From the NCBI GenBank assembly GCA_001800245.1, contig MGVA01000028.1, positions 66,328 through 130,327 of the forward strand: a stretch of DNA of 64,000 nucleotides, given 5' to 3'. Source of the DNA: Elusimicrobia bacterium RIFOXYA12_FULL_51_18. GTDB taxonomy: Bacteria; Elusimicrobiota; Elusimicrobia; Elusimicrobiales; UBA9959. The notes under the pieces are model-generated. The model saw only the letters and a list, made by a program, of their open reading frames with translations, ran no database searches and was not told where the DNA came from. The position numbers and the translations under genes are program-made. Shown in pieces: positions 39,075 to 48,222 of this stretch. Numbering within the stretch: the first letter of the stretch is position 1; every line of letters starts with the position of its first letter.

Positions 39075-39488
39075 ATGCGATATATCATAATAATTCTGGC
39101 GTTTCCGTTGTTTTTTCTTTCATTTTACGCTTGTTCCGAAAATCTGCGAAGAACGGCTCCGCCCATTGAGGACGTGCTGCACGCCGGTCCGCTTGCGACC
39201 ATACTTGTCTATGCGGGCAATGTCGCTCTGGGACAGAGCGGTCCCAGTGCTGAGGGGCTTAAGCTTGATATCGGCGGTACCGCCGTATTAAGCGCGCAAG
39301 GCCGCGACGTGAACAATCGGCCGATAAAAATTACTCCCGTCTGGACCGCCAGCAAGCCGGAACTTATAAGCGTTACTCCTTCCGTGGGGGATATCGTGGC
39401 CGTTAAAGGGTTACGAGAAGGAACCGCGGAGATAGTAGCGGAATACAATGGAGTGAAAAAGACCGTTAACTATATTTTTATTAAATGA
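39075..39488 (+). CDS. Lipoprotein with Ig-like (Big_2-type) domain
   Basis: Lipobox FYAC; 'PVWTASKPELISV...VKGLREGTAEIVAEY'; strong RBS. Confidence 0.75.
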   Translation: MRYIIIILAFPLFFLSFYACSENLRRTAPPIEDVLHAGPLATILVYAGNVALGQSGPSAEGLKLDIGGTAVLSAQGRDVNNRPIKITPVWTASKPELISVTPSVGDIVAVKGLREGTAEIVAEYNGVKKTVNYIFIK

Positions 39489-39649
39489 AATTCGAAGCCG
39501 ATTATAAACTTTCCGGCGGCCCTGCGATCGCTTTATCCAGGGACGGTATTGCTGTTTCCCGGCAGACACTCAGTCTATTATCGTTCTATATTTTCATTTG
39601 ATGGTATGACCATGCCGACCGTGCGCGCATATTGCCTGTGCGTGACCCA

Positions 39650-40834
39650 TTAGCCGACTATTCCCAGTTCCCTGCCTACTTTTTTGAACTTCTCTATGGC
39701 GAATTTCAGGTCCTTCATGGTGTGGCCAGCGGTCACTATCGTGCGCAGGCGCTCTTTGCCTTTGGGCACGGTCGGGAATCCGAGCGCCAGGGCGAACACC
39801 CCTTCCTCGAAAAGGCGGTTGGAGAATTCAACGGCTTTCGCAGTCATGATCGGGGTTATGGGCGTGACCGAAGAGCCGGTGTCGAAGCCGGCTTTCTTCA
39901 GTTCTTCCTTCAGAAAGGCGGTGTTGTCCCAGAGCTTTTTGAGATATTTCGGTTCGGTGAGAAGTATGTCAAGCACGGCCAGGCAGGTGGCAGCCACGGA
40001 AGGCGGCTGTGAACTTGAGAAAAGGAAGGGTCTTGCCACGGAACCCAGGTAGTCCCTAAGGCTACGAGTGGTGGCGGCATAACCGCCCACCGCGGCGAAG
40101 GCCTTGGAAAGCGTGCCTATCTGTATCTCCACTTTGCCGTCCAGGTTGAAATGGCTCACGGTGCCGCGGCCTTCCTTGCCGATGACGCCGCTGGCGTGCG
40201 CGTCGTCCACCATCACAAAAGCCCCGTACTTATGCGCCACCGCGACCACTTCATCCAGCTGGGCGATATCGCCGTCCATTGAGAATACCCCGTCGGTTAC
40301 CACCATCTTGCGTCTGGCTTTGCGGGCTTCCGGCGTCTCAAGAATCTCGGCCAGGTGCTTCATATCTTTGTGACGGTAGATCTTGCGGGGGGCTTTTGCC
40401 AGGCGCGCTCCGTCTATGATTGAGGCGTGGTTCAGTTCGTCCGAGATCAGCAGGTCTTCCTCTCCGGACATCAGCGACTGGCAAACCGCCACGTTGGAGG
40501 TGAAGCCGGACTGGAAGAGAATGGAGGCGTCGGCATGCTTGAACGCCGCGAATTTTTTCTCCAGTTCCTCGTGTATCGACATGGTGCCGATTATGGTCCG
40601 CACCGCGGCCGTTCCCACTCCGTATTTCTTTATGGCCGCTATGGCGGCTCTTTTTACTTTTGGGTTATTAGCCAGCGCGAGATAATTATTGGAGGTGAGG
40701 TTTACTACTTTCTTCCCGTCTATTACGGCCGCCGGTTCCTGCGCGGACTGCAGGACGCGGGGCGTTATAAAACGGTTCTCTTTCTTAAGCGCGGCCACTT
40801 CCTCTTCGGCGAATTTTAAAGTGTCGAATTGCAT
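39650..40834 (-). CDS. kbl: Glycine C-acetyltransferase / 8-amino-7-oxononanoate synthase family PLP enzyme
   Basis: SNNYL, SDELNHASIIDG, DGVFSMDG, DDAH, GTLSKA. kbl versus bioF not fully resolved. Confidence 0.8.
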   Translation of the reverse strand: MQFDTLKFAEEEVAALKKENRFITPRVLQSAQEPAAVIDGKKVVNLTSNNYLALANNPKVKRAAIAAIKKYGVGTAAVRTIIGTMSIHEELEKKFAAFKHADASILFQSGFTSNVAVCQSLMSGEEDLLISDELNHASIIDGARLAKAPRKIYRHKDMKHLAEILETPEARKARRKMVVTDGVFSMDGDIAQLDEVVAVAHKYGAFVMVDDAHASGVIGKEGRGTVSHFNLDGKVEIQIGTLSKAFAAVGGYAATTRSLRDYLGSVARPFLFSSSQPPSVAATCLAVLDILLTEPKYLKKLWDNTAFLKEELKKAGFDTGSSVTPITPIMTAKAVEFSNRLFEEGVFALALGFPTVPKGKERLRTIVTAGHTMKDLKFAIEKFKKVGRELGIVG

Positions 40835-41021
40835 GGTGATAGCGCCTCCATCGGTTTTAATAAAGCGTCATTCGTCTTGGGATTAAATCTGCGGTCATTA
40901 ACGGACATCCTCTTTTAATGATATAAAAAAACAGGACATAAAAAAATGTTTTTAATCCATGGGAAATTTAGTAAATTATCATTAGGATATTGTTAAGTGC
41001 CGTGATACCGGATACCAGGGC

Positions 41022-41414
41022 GTGATTATGACGGATTTTTCTCTTTCAAACGATAAAGTTTACCTGCTTGTCCGTAATCCGTCCTCCGTCTTTATCTGCT
41101 GGACCTGGAGCCGGGCCAGGGCTGAAGTCTTTGAGGCGCTGGGATACGAACCGGAAATACTCGTCAGACTTTCCGCCGCCGGAGACAAGATCCCGGCCGT
41201 TGAACAAGCCGTTCCGTGGAACTCCGGTAAACTTTATATGGCGCCGCCGGTGGAAGGGAAAACGTACACCGCCGCCATTTACGCCCGCAATAAGGAAGGC
41301 GTTCAGGAGAAGCTTCTGGAGAGCAACTCCGCTCTCACACCCGTTTCCTCCCAGAGACCCGGCCTTTCAGCCGGTTACGCCAGCGCCGAGTTCTTCCGCA
41401 GGAGCCCGGTATGA
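41022..41414 (+). CDS. DUF4912-like protein
   Basis: 'LLVRNPSSVFICW...LLESNSALTP'; ATGA-coupled to the GH57 gene, its usual partner. Confidence 0.7.
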   Translation: MIMTDFSLSNDKVYLLVRNPSSVFICWTWSRARAEVFEALGYEPEILVRLSAAGDKIPAVEQAVPWNSGKLYMAPPVEGKTYTAAIYARNKEGVQEKLLESNSALTPVSSQRPGLSAGYASAEFFRRSPV

Positions 41415-43015
41415 GTTCCAAAGGCTCCATACTTTTCCTCCTTCACGCTCATCTGCCGTACATTAACCATCCGGAGCACGCCGATTTCCTGGAAGAAAAC
41501 TGGTTCTTTGAAGGCGTTGTGGAGACTTATATCCCGCTTATTTCCGTGCTGGAAAGGCTGGTGCGGGACGGTATCAGGCCCGGCATCGCCATCTCCATTT
41601 CCCCCACGCTGGGCGCGATGCTTGAAAACGAGCATCTTGAAAATAAACTTCGCCGGTATATCGATGACCGCCTGGAACTGATAGAGAAGGAACTTGTCCG
41701 GGTGGAGAACGATCCCGTAGTTTCAAAGACCGTGCGGCTCTACGCGCAGCTTTACGGGGAAGCCGCCGAGATGATACGTAAGTACAGCGGCGACCTTATC
41801 ACGCCTTTAAAGCAGCTCCAGCACGCCGGGAATATTGAGATCATTACCACTTCCGCCACTCATGCGGTCCTGCCGATGCTGGCTCATCCCGAGGCTTTGC
41901 GCGCCCAGATCTCGGCCGCGGCCGATGATTATCTGGACAGGTTTAACACCAAGGCGGAGGGCTTCTGGCTGCCGGAATGCGCCTACGATCCGCGCCTCCA
42001 GACCTACCTCAAACTTTCCGGCTTTAAATATCTCTTCACAGAGTCGCACGCCGTAAACCTCTCCGATGGCGCGCCGAAAAACGGGGTTCACGTTTCCTAC
42101 CGCACTCCCAACGGCATCAATATCTTCGCCCGCGACGCCGATTCTTCGCGGGAGGTGTGGAGCGCTAAATTCGGTTATCCCGGAGATCCCGCCTACCGCG
42201 AGTTTTACCGAGATATGGGTTATGACGCGGACTACGACTATATAAAGCCGTATCTAAACGCCGGAGGCGCGCGCCGGTCCTTGGGCCTGAAATATCACCG
42301 CATCACCGGCGAAGTGGATCTTGCCAAAAAGCTTTATTACGATCCCGACGAAGCCATGGCGGTGGTGGAGCGCCACGCCGCGGATTTTCTGGACCGTCGT
42401 ATGCGCCAGGTGGAGGAAATCTATTCCGCCAAGGGTATCCGGCCTGTGATCGTGGGTTGTTATGACGCCGAACTGTTCGGTCACTGGTGGTTCGAAGGCC
42501 CCGCTTTCCTTGAAAGCGTTTTGAGGAAGATCCGGCAGGACCGTCTGCCTTTGCAGTTCGTAACACCCGGCGAGTACCTGAATTCCTGTCCGGAGCCCGT
42601 TGAACTTAATCCCCAAATCTCGTCATGGGGAGAGAACGGATATTTCGACCCCTGGGTTAACGAAACGAACGATTCTATCTACCCCAAGGTTCTTGACGTG
42701 ACGGACAGAATGATCGGGACCGCCAACCGTTTTCGCAGCCAGGACCTGCCCAGCGTTACGCTGCGGGCCCTTAACCAGGCCGCCCGCGAGGTCCTGCTGG
42801 CGCAGAGCTCTGATTGGCCTTTCCTTATGTACATCGGTTCACACGCGCAATATGCCGCCGAACGGGTAGATGTTCATACCACGAACGCAGCCCGGCTGCT
42901 ATCCGAAGTGCTGGAAAAACGCATAGACGAAAAAGCTCTAGTGGAACTTGAAAAAAAGAACAACCTGTTCCACAGGCTGGATTTCCGCCTCTTTGCTTCC
43001 GTTTCCAAATTTTAA
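41411..43015 (+). CDS. GH57 1,4-alpha-glucan branching enzyme (DUF1957)
   Basis: HAHLPY, ETYIPL, WLPECAY, YDAELFGHWWFEG, LAQSSDW. Confidence 0.93.
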   Translation: MSSKGSILFLLHAHLPYINHPEHADFLEENWFFEGVVETYIPLISVLERLVRDGIRPGIAISISPTLGAMLENEHLENKLRRYIDDRLELIEKELVRVENDPVVSKTVRLYAQLYGEAAEMIRKYSGDLITPLKQLQHAGNIEIITTSATHAVLPMLAHPEALRAQISAAADDYLDRFNTKAEGFWLPECAYDPRLQTYLKLSGFKYLFTESHAVNLSDGAPKNGVHVSYRTPNGINIFARDADSSREVWSAKFGYPGDPAYREFYRDMGYDADYDYIKPYLNAGGARRSLGLKYHRITGEVDLAKKLYYDPDEAMAVVERHAADFLDRRMRQVEEIYSAKGIRPVIVGCYDAELFGHWWFEGPAFLESVLRKIRQDRLPLQFVTPGEYLNSCPEPVELNPQISSWGENGYFDPWVNETNDSIYPKVLDVTDRMIGTANRFRSQDLPSVTLRALNQAAREVLLAQSSDWPFLMYIGSHAQYAAERVDVHTTNAARLLSEVLEKRIDEKALVELEKKNNLFHRLDFRLFASVSKF

Positions 43016-43199
43016 AATCGTACAACAATCGCTTTATTTTGGATCGGTTGAATAAGCTGGTCGGCGGTATGTTGCGTGGGCGGGGGAATTTTAACCTCTA
43101 CGCCTCTTCCCTCTGAAAAGATTGACAGCAACCTGACCGGGGCATTAGGTTGCATCAGAAACAGGGCGGGCGGATGTGTGCAAAACTTAAAAAATTCAA

Positions 43200-43289
43200 G
43201 CGGAGGTGAGGGAGGGTTCCCTGGGCGCTCCATTCGAGGGTTTTAAGCCCGTGGTCCGGAGCGCTCAGGCAACCCTCCCTCGCCTCCGT
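43200..43289 (+). ncRNA. Unclassified long hairpin, putative structured RNA
   Basis: 43201-31 pairs with 43258-88 (31 positions, one C-C mismatch, G-U pairs on the + strand) plus an inner stem-loop. Confidence 0.45.
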
Positions 43290-43309
43290 ATCAGTATTGT
43301 CTTATTGGG

Positions 43310-44230
43310 CTATTCGGCTTTCTTTATTTTTACCCACTCGCGCTGGAAATCTTCCGGTAATTCCACCTTCAGGGTCATCTTTTTGTTTTTGGAGGGGTGG
43401 ATAAAAGTAATCTCGCGGGAATGGAGCAGCAGCCGGGTGCCTCTCTCTCCGCCATAAAGCCTGTCGCCCACTATCGGGTGGCCGATGAACTCCAGATGGA
43501 TCCGTATCTGATTGGTCCGGCCGGTGCGTGGATAAACTTCCAGCAGGGAGTGTTTTTTAGCCTTTTCCGTCACCTTGAAATCGGTTTGCGCGGCCCGGCC
43601 GTATTCCCATACTTTTATCTTCTTGAAACCGGAAGCCCGGCCTATCGGGGCGTCTATCGAACCGGTTTTTTTGGCCGGTACGCCGGCTACAACTCCGACG
43701 TACGTTTTTTCAACCAGCCTTTCCCGGAACTGCGTCTGGAGGGCGGTTTGCGCTTTAAGCGTCTTCGCCACCAGCATCAGGCCGCTTGTGTCCCTGTCCA
43801 GCCGGTGCACCAGTCCCATGCGGGGGACTTTATTGTTTCCAAGTTCCGGCCGCGCCCGCAACAGCATGGAGACCAGTGTTTCTTCCGATATAAGGCAGGT
43901 TTCGGGGCGGCGCTCCCAGTTGGAATCGTTGGGGTGCACCGGTATGCCGGCGGGTTTGGCCACGGCCAGCATGTCCTTGTCCTCGTAAATAATGATGGCG
44001 TCCAGGTGCGCGGTTTCCTTTTTGCCCATGGCGGGAAGATCTATCGTCACCGAGTCTCCGGGCTCAAGCAGTAAAGAGGGCTTCCTGGGCTTGCCGTTCA
44101 CCAACGCCCGCCCTTCGAGTATAAGCCGCTTGACGAATTCTCTTGATAGCCCCGTCTCGGAGCGTGTTATGAAGATGTCCAGCCTTTCCGGAGCGCCTTC
44201 AAATATCATTGTTCTTAACGGTGTTTTCAT
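43310..44230 (-). CDS. RluA/RluD family pseudouridine synthase
   Basis: S4 domain, HRLDRDTSG, TGRTNQIR; start set at MKTPLR. Confidence 0.92.
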   Translation of the reverse strand: MKTPLRTMIFEGAPERLDIFITRSETGLSREFVKRLILEGRALVNGKPRKPSLLLEPGDSVTIDLPAMGKKETAHLDAIIIYEDKDMLAVAKPAGIPVHPNDSNWERRPETCLISEETLVSMLLRARPELGNNKVPRMGLVHRLDRDTSGLMLVAKTLKAQTALQTQFRERLVEKTYVGVVAGVPAKKTGSIDAPIGRASGFKKIKVWEYGRAAQTDFKVTEKAKKHSLLEVYPRTGRTNQIRIHLEFIGHPIVGDRLYGGERGTRLLLHSREITFIHPSKNKKMTLKVELPEDFQREWVKIKKAE

Positions 44231-45006
44231 TTTTTCCTCATCCTGGTGATCATGAATATCGCGGCCGAGGCCGCGATGATCGATAACGTTTGAGCGGGTG
44301 AAAGCCCCAGCCACGAGCCGCCGCGGTCGTCGCCCCGCAGGAACTCAACCATGAACCTTAAAAACGAATATGCCAGTATGTAGACGGCGAATATCATTCC
44401 GCCGGCGCGAACCTTGCCCCGGCGGGACAGCCAGGCCAGCGCGCCGAATATGAGAAAATTTCCCGCAGCCTCGTAGAGCTGTACGGGGTGAAGCGGCACG
44501 CCAAGGTATGCTTGCGGTACTTCGCACATCGGGTCGGTGAAGGCCACGCCCAGGGCGCCGCCGGCGGGACGGCCGTAGCAGCAACCCGCCATAAAACAGC
44601 CCAGCCTTCCGAACCCATGCGCCAGGGCCAGGGCCGGGGCGAAGTGATCCGCTGTCTTAAGGAAATTCAGTTTATTGCGGCGGCAATAGAGGAAAAAGGC
44701 CGCGGCGCCCGCGGCAAAGCCCCCATAGAATACGAAGCCGTAAGGGAAACCTTTAAAGATATAGACGAATCTTGAGGCAAAATCCGGACCTAATTCGGTC
44801 CAATAGGTGGCGGCGAATACCGCCTTCGCCCCCAAAATTCCGGCCAGCGCGGAGTAAAATACAAGATCCGCCTCCTGGTCCCGGGTCACAAAGGCGATGG
44901 CCCGGCTTTTATACAGGTAGAAGATGGCCGCCGTGTAGCCCAGGGCGATAGTGAACCCGTAGGCGGGAAGTTTAAAACCGCCGAAATGTAATAGGAAAGG
45001 ATGCAT
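44227..45006 (-). CDS. lgt: Prolipoprotein diacylglyceryl transferase
   Basis: FYGG, GRLGCF.AGCCYG, HPVQLYE, RF.VEFLR. Confidence 0.92.
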   Translation of the reverse strand: MHPFLLHFGGFKLPAYGFTIALGYTAAIFYLYKSRAIAFVTRDQEADLVFYSALAGILGAKAVFAATYWTELGPDFASRFVYIFKGFPYGFVFYGGFAAGAAAFFLYCRRNKLNFLKTADHFAPALALAHGFGRLGCFMAGCCYGRPAGGALGVAFTDPMCEVPQAYLGVPLHPVQLYEAAGNFLIFGALAWLSRRGKVRAGGMIFAVYILAYSFLRFMVEFLRGDDRGGSWLGLSPAQTLSIIAASAAIFMITRMRKK

Positions 45007-45028
45007 AATAAATCACTTTTTCCCGGAA

Positions 45029-45670
45029 CTATTTCCCCTGTTGTGTCAGGAACTTTTGCACGTCTAAAAAATTTTTGAGCCGCCGGTTTCTTACGCCTTC
45101 TTCCAGACAGAAGCGCCGGAGCCGTTTTGTGGCGAAGACCGCGTCCGCCAGGCGCGCGGCCTTCAGGTCGCTGGTGCCGTCTCCGCAGAAGGCTACTTTA
45201 TAGCCCAGGCGCTGGTAGCGGCTTACCCGGGCGGCTTTAAAAACGTCCAGAGTCGCGCCTTTTAAACAAGGATACTCCACCAGGATCCCCGCCTTGGTAA
45301 AACGGGTCCGGCCGTAAAATGATTTTATCCTCAACTTCCATTTTTTCAGCAGGCAGTCTATGTAGAGGTCCACGCCGCCGCTTGCTATCTCAAGGGGAAT
45401 TCTCCTCCGGGCGCAGAAAGCGTTGAATTTTATAAAACCGCCGCGCAGGCGGGTGGATTCAAGCACATAAGCCTCTATTTTTTTTCGGGGGATTTTAAGC
45501 GGCCGGAAATATTCCATCATCCACTCTTCCATTTTTACGTGCGGAGCGTAGGAATTCTCTATCTCCTCCCTGGTGGCGGCGTTGAAATGCCTGAGAAGAA
45601 CGTCCCCCACATCCTTAAGAGTGACGGTTCCGTCGAAATCTGTGACCACGGCCCAACCTTTTGATTTCAT
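45029..45670 (-). CDS. MtnX-like HAD-IB phosphatase
   Basis: DFDGT, SGG, GDGTSD. Confidence 0.85.
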   Translation of the reverse strand: MKSKGWAVVTDFDGTVTLKDVGDVLLRHFNAATREEIENSYAPHVKMEEWMMEYFRPLKIPRKKIEAYVLESTRLRGGFIKFNAFCARRRIPLEIASGGVDLYIDCLLKKWKLRIKSFYGRTRFTKAGILVEYPCLKGATLDVFKAARVSRYQRLGYKVAFCGDGTSDLKAARLADAVFATKRLRRFCLEEGVRNRRLKNFLDVQKFLTQQGK

Positions 45671-45801
45671 AAGACTCTTTTTTTACCGTTCAGCCGGAGA
45701 CTTGGACAGGCGACTGACTCCGTCTTGCCGCAAAATCTGCCTAATGCGCGGCGTTCCGGCTGAGGGATGAAGACGCGCTTCTCAAGAATCATGCTTCTGG
45801 A

Positions 45802-46434
45802 TCACGCCGCGGCTTTAACGAATTCCGCCTCGCCTCGCGCGGCGAGTTTCATATAAATATTGTATTCCTTCTGTACGCCTATGGTGGAGGTGTGGCCGTT
45901 ATAAGCGTGGCCGGGGTAAAGGACGGTTTCGCCGGGAAGGGCGGCCAGCTTCAAAAGGCTGAGGCGGAGAGCTTTGGGATCCGAACCGGGCAGGTCCGCC
46001 CGGCCGCATTGTCCCACAAAAAGGGTGTCCCCCGTGAAAACCGCGCCGCCGGCCAGATATGAGACCGAACCGGGAGTGTGCCCCGGAGTATGGATAACCT
46101 TCATCTTGAGGTGCCCGAACGCCAGTTCCTCTTCGCCTTTGAGCAGGTTAAGGGGGTTTATATCGTCATCCAGGAGGAAAGTGTCTTCTTTGTGCACGGT
46201 CAGCGCCAGCGTCTTATCTTTTTCCAGAAAATAGCGGGCGGCGTTGGCATGATCAGGATGGGCGTGAGTGAGCAGGAGGAACTTGAGGATGAGCTTTTCC
46301 TTACGTATTAATTCCTCTAAGACTTCCGGCTGCCAGGCAGGGTCTATAACGGCGGCTTCTCTAAGTCCGGCATCCCATACGATGTAGGAAAAATTACCCA
46401 TCGGGCCCAGCTTAAATTGTTTCACTTTCATCAT
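45802..46434 (-). CDS. MBL-fold hydrolase (glyoxalase II family)
   Basis: THAHPDH, HTPGHT, FTGDTLF, YPGH. Confidence 0.9.
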   Translation of the reverse strand: MMKVKQFKLGPMGNFSYIVWDAGLREAAVIDPAWQPEVLEELIRKEKLILKFLLLTHAHPDHANAARYFLEKDKTLALTVHKEDTFLLDDDINPLNLLKGEEELAFGHLKMKVIHTPGHTPGSVSYLAGGAVFTGDTLFVGQCGRADLPGSDPKALRLSLLKLAALPGETVLYPGHAYNGHTSTIGVQKEYNIYMKLAARGEAEFVKAAA

Positions 46435-46721
46435 TTTCCGTCTTCTTTTGGGCGGGGGAAGCGATATTCTATCTCGTTAGGCCTTATGAGCCCCAACTCC
46501 TTGCGGGCGGTTTCCTCTATCCGGCCTGGCTCTTTCATGGTCTGTAAATTTTGTCCCAGGCGGATCTTTTCCGCGTCAAGCGCTATTTTCTGGTTCTTTA
46601 ACCGCCGGTATTCCAGAGAATTCTTGATCAGGGACCTAAATCCCCTGTTGGCCAGCAGAAAGACGATCACCAGGATCAGAATTATATAATTAAGCCGGTG
46701 TTTGTATTTTTTAAACTGCAT
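46431..46721 (-). CDS. Septum formation initiator (FtsB/DivIC family)
   Basis: TM plus coiled coil, 'IEETARKELGLIRPNE'; follows eno, as is common. Confidence 0.85.
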   Translation of the reverse strand: MQFKKYKHRLNYIILILVIVFLLANRGFRSLIKNSLEYRRLKNQKIALDAEKIRLGQNLQTMKEPGRIEETARKELGLIRPNEIEYRFPRPKEDGK

Positions 46722-46841
46722 CGCTTGAAAAACAGGCGCAACAAAAGCCTGTCCCGGGTGGCGTGACAGGGGGCGATGGCCTCCGTACAAAAGAATACCC
46801 CGCGCTGCGCCTTTATGCCCCCGCGTCTTTCCGAAATTTAC

Positions 46842-48122
46842 TTAAAACTTGAAGACCATGTCTTTGGCGTACTTGGCATTCTTTCCCAGCTCTTCCTCTA
46901 TTCTTATGAGCTGATTGTACTTGCACAGGCGTTCCGAGCGGCAGGGCGCTCCGGTTTTGATGGCGCCGGCGTTGGTCGCCACGGCCAGGTCGGCGATGAA
47001 AGCGTCTTCCGTCTCTCCGGAGCGGTGGGAGATAATTGTTTCAAAACCGGCTTTGTGAGCCATCTCTATCACGCGCACGGTCTCGGTCAGGGAACCTATC
47101 TGGTTAAGCTTGATGAGAATGGAATTGGCGATGCCTTCTTCGATGCCCCGCTTGAGGCGTGTCGGGTTGGTTACGAACAGGTCGTCGCCCACTATACGGG
47201 CTTTTTTCCCGAGATGCTTGGTCATGTGTTCCCAGCCGTCCCAGTCATCCTCCGCGAGAGGATCCTCGTAAGAGATGATAGGGAAATGTTTTTTCCACTC
47301 GGAGTACTTGCTGGTCAGTTCCTGATAGGTCAGGTTCGAACTTTCGAACACGTATCGGTCGTTCTGGTAAAATTCGCTCGCGGCGGAGTCCAATCCTATC
47401 TGCACTTCCTTGAAGGTATATCCGGCGTCCTTTATGGCCTTGCAGATCGTTTCTATGACCGCCTCATGGGTGAAGATCTTGGGAGCGAAGCCTCCCTCGT
47501 CCCCTACGGACACGGTATAGCCGCCTTTGGACAGGATGGCCTTAAGCGTGTGGTAGATCTCCGAGCCGGCGCGGATTGCGTCGGAGAATCTCGCCACTCC
47601 GGTCGGCACTATCATGAATTCCTGAATGTTAATGCCGCTGTCGGCGTGCTTGCCGCCGTTGACTATGTTCATCATCGGGGCGGGGATGATGAAGTTCTTA
47701 TGCTTGAGACCGTAAGCCTTGCGGATATAGGCGTAAAGCGGAAGGTGCGCCGAGGCGGCCGCGGCCCTGGCCAGCGCCATGGATACCGAGAGGATTGCGT
47801 TCGCGCCCAGTTTTGATTTGGTCTGGGTTCCGTCGAGTTCTATCATCATCCCGTCTATTTTTATCAAGTCGGCCTTAAGTCCCGAGATCTCGGGGGCTAT
47901 AAGGTCGGTTACGTTCTCAACGGCTTTCACCACGCCTTTGCCCATATAGCGTTTGCCGCCGTCGCGCAGCTCCAGTGCCTCGTGCGTGCCGGTGGAAGCG
48001 CCGCTGGGCACCGCGGCGCGGCCGAAAGAGCCGTCGGTCAGATAAACGTCGGTCTCTACGGTGGGGAAACCTCTGGAATCAAGTATTTCCCTGGATGTAA
48101 TTTTTTTTATTTTGGCGTCCAT
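46842..48122 (-). CDS. eno: Enolase
   Basis: DSRG.PT, PSGASTG, GDEGG, SHRSGET, RSER. Confidence 0.98.
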   Translation of the reverse strand: MDAKIKKITSREILDSRGFPTVETDVYLTDGSFGRAAVPSGASTGTHEALELRDGGKRYMGKGVVKAVENVTDLIAPEISGLKADLIKIDGMMIELDGTQTKSKLGANAILSVSMALARAAAASAHLPLYAYIRKAYGLKHKNFIIPAPMMNIVNGGKHADSGINIQEFMIVPTGVARFSDAIRAGSEIYHTLKAILSKGGYTVSVGDEGGFAPKIFTHEAVIETICKAIKDAGYTFKEVQIGLDSAASEFYQNDRYVFESSNLTYQELTSKYSEWKKHFPIISYEDPLAEDDWDGWEHMTKHLGKKARIVGDDLFVTNPTRLKRGIEEGIANSILIKLNQIGSLTETVRVIEMAHKAGFETIISHRSGETEDAFIADLAVATNAGAIKTGAPCRSERLCKYNQLIRIEEELGKNAKYAKDMVFKF

Positions 48123-48222
48123 AATTTTCTCCTATTCACGAAGTTGAAATTAAAAGATCAGTATTGCACAAACGCTTTTCATCGTGTCCGCTTAGAACCG
48201 GTCCCTTGCTACCGCCACGCGC

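Noticed and set aside
43200-43289. SRP RNA or tRNA-Sec assignment for the long hairpin
   Set aside because: No GNRA helix-8 motif and no cloverleaf or UCA anticodon arm on either strand.
46776-47816. 346-aa ORF on the + strand
   Set aside because: Antisense shadow of enolase, with no independent motifs.
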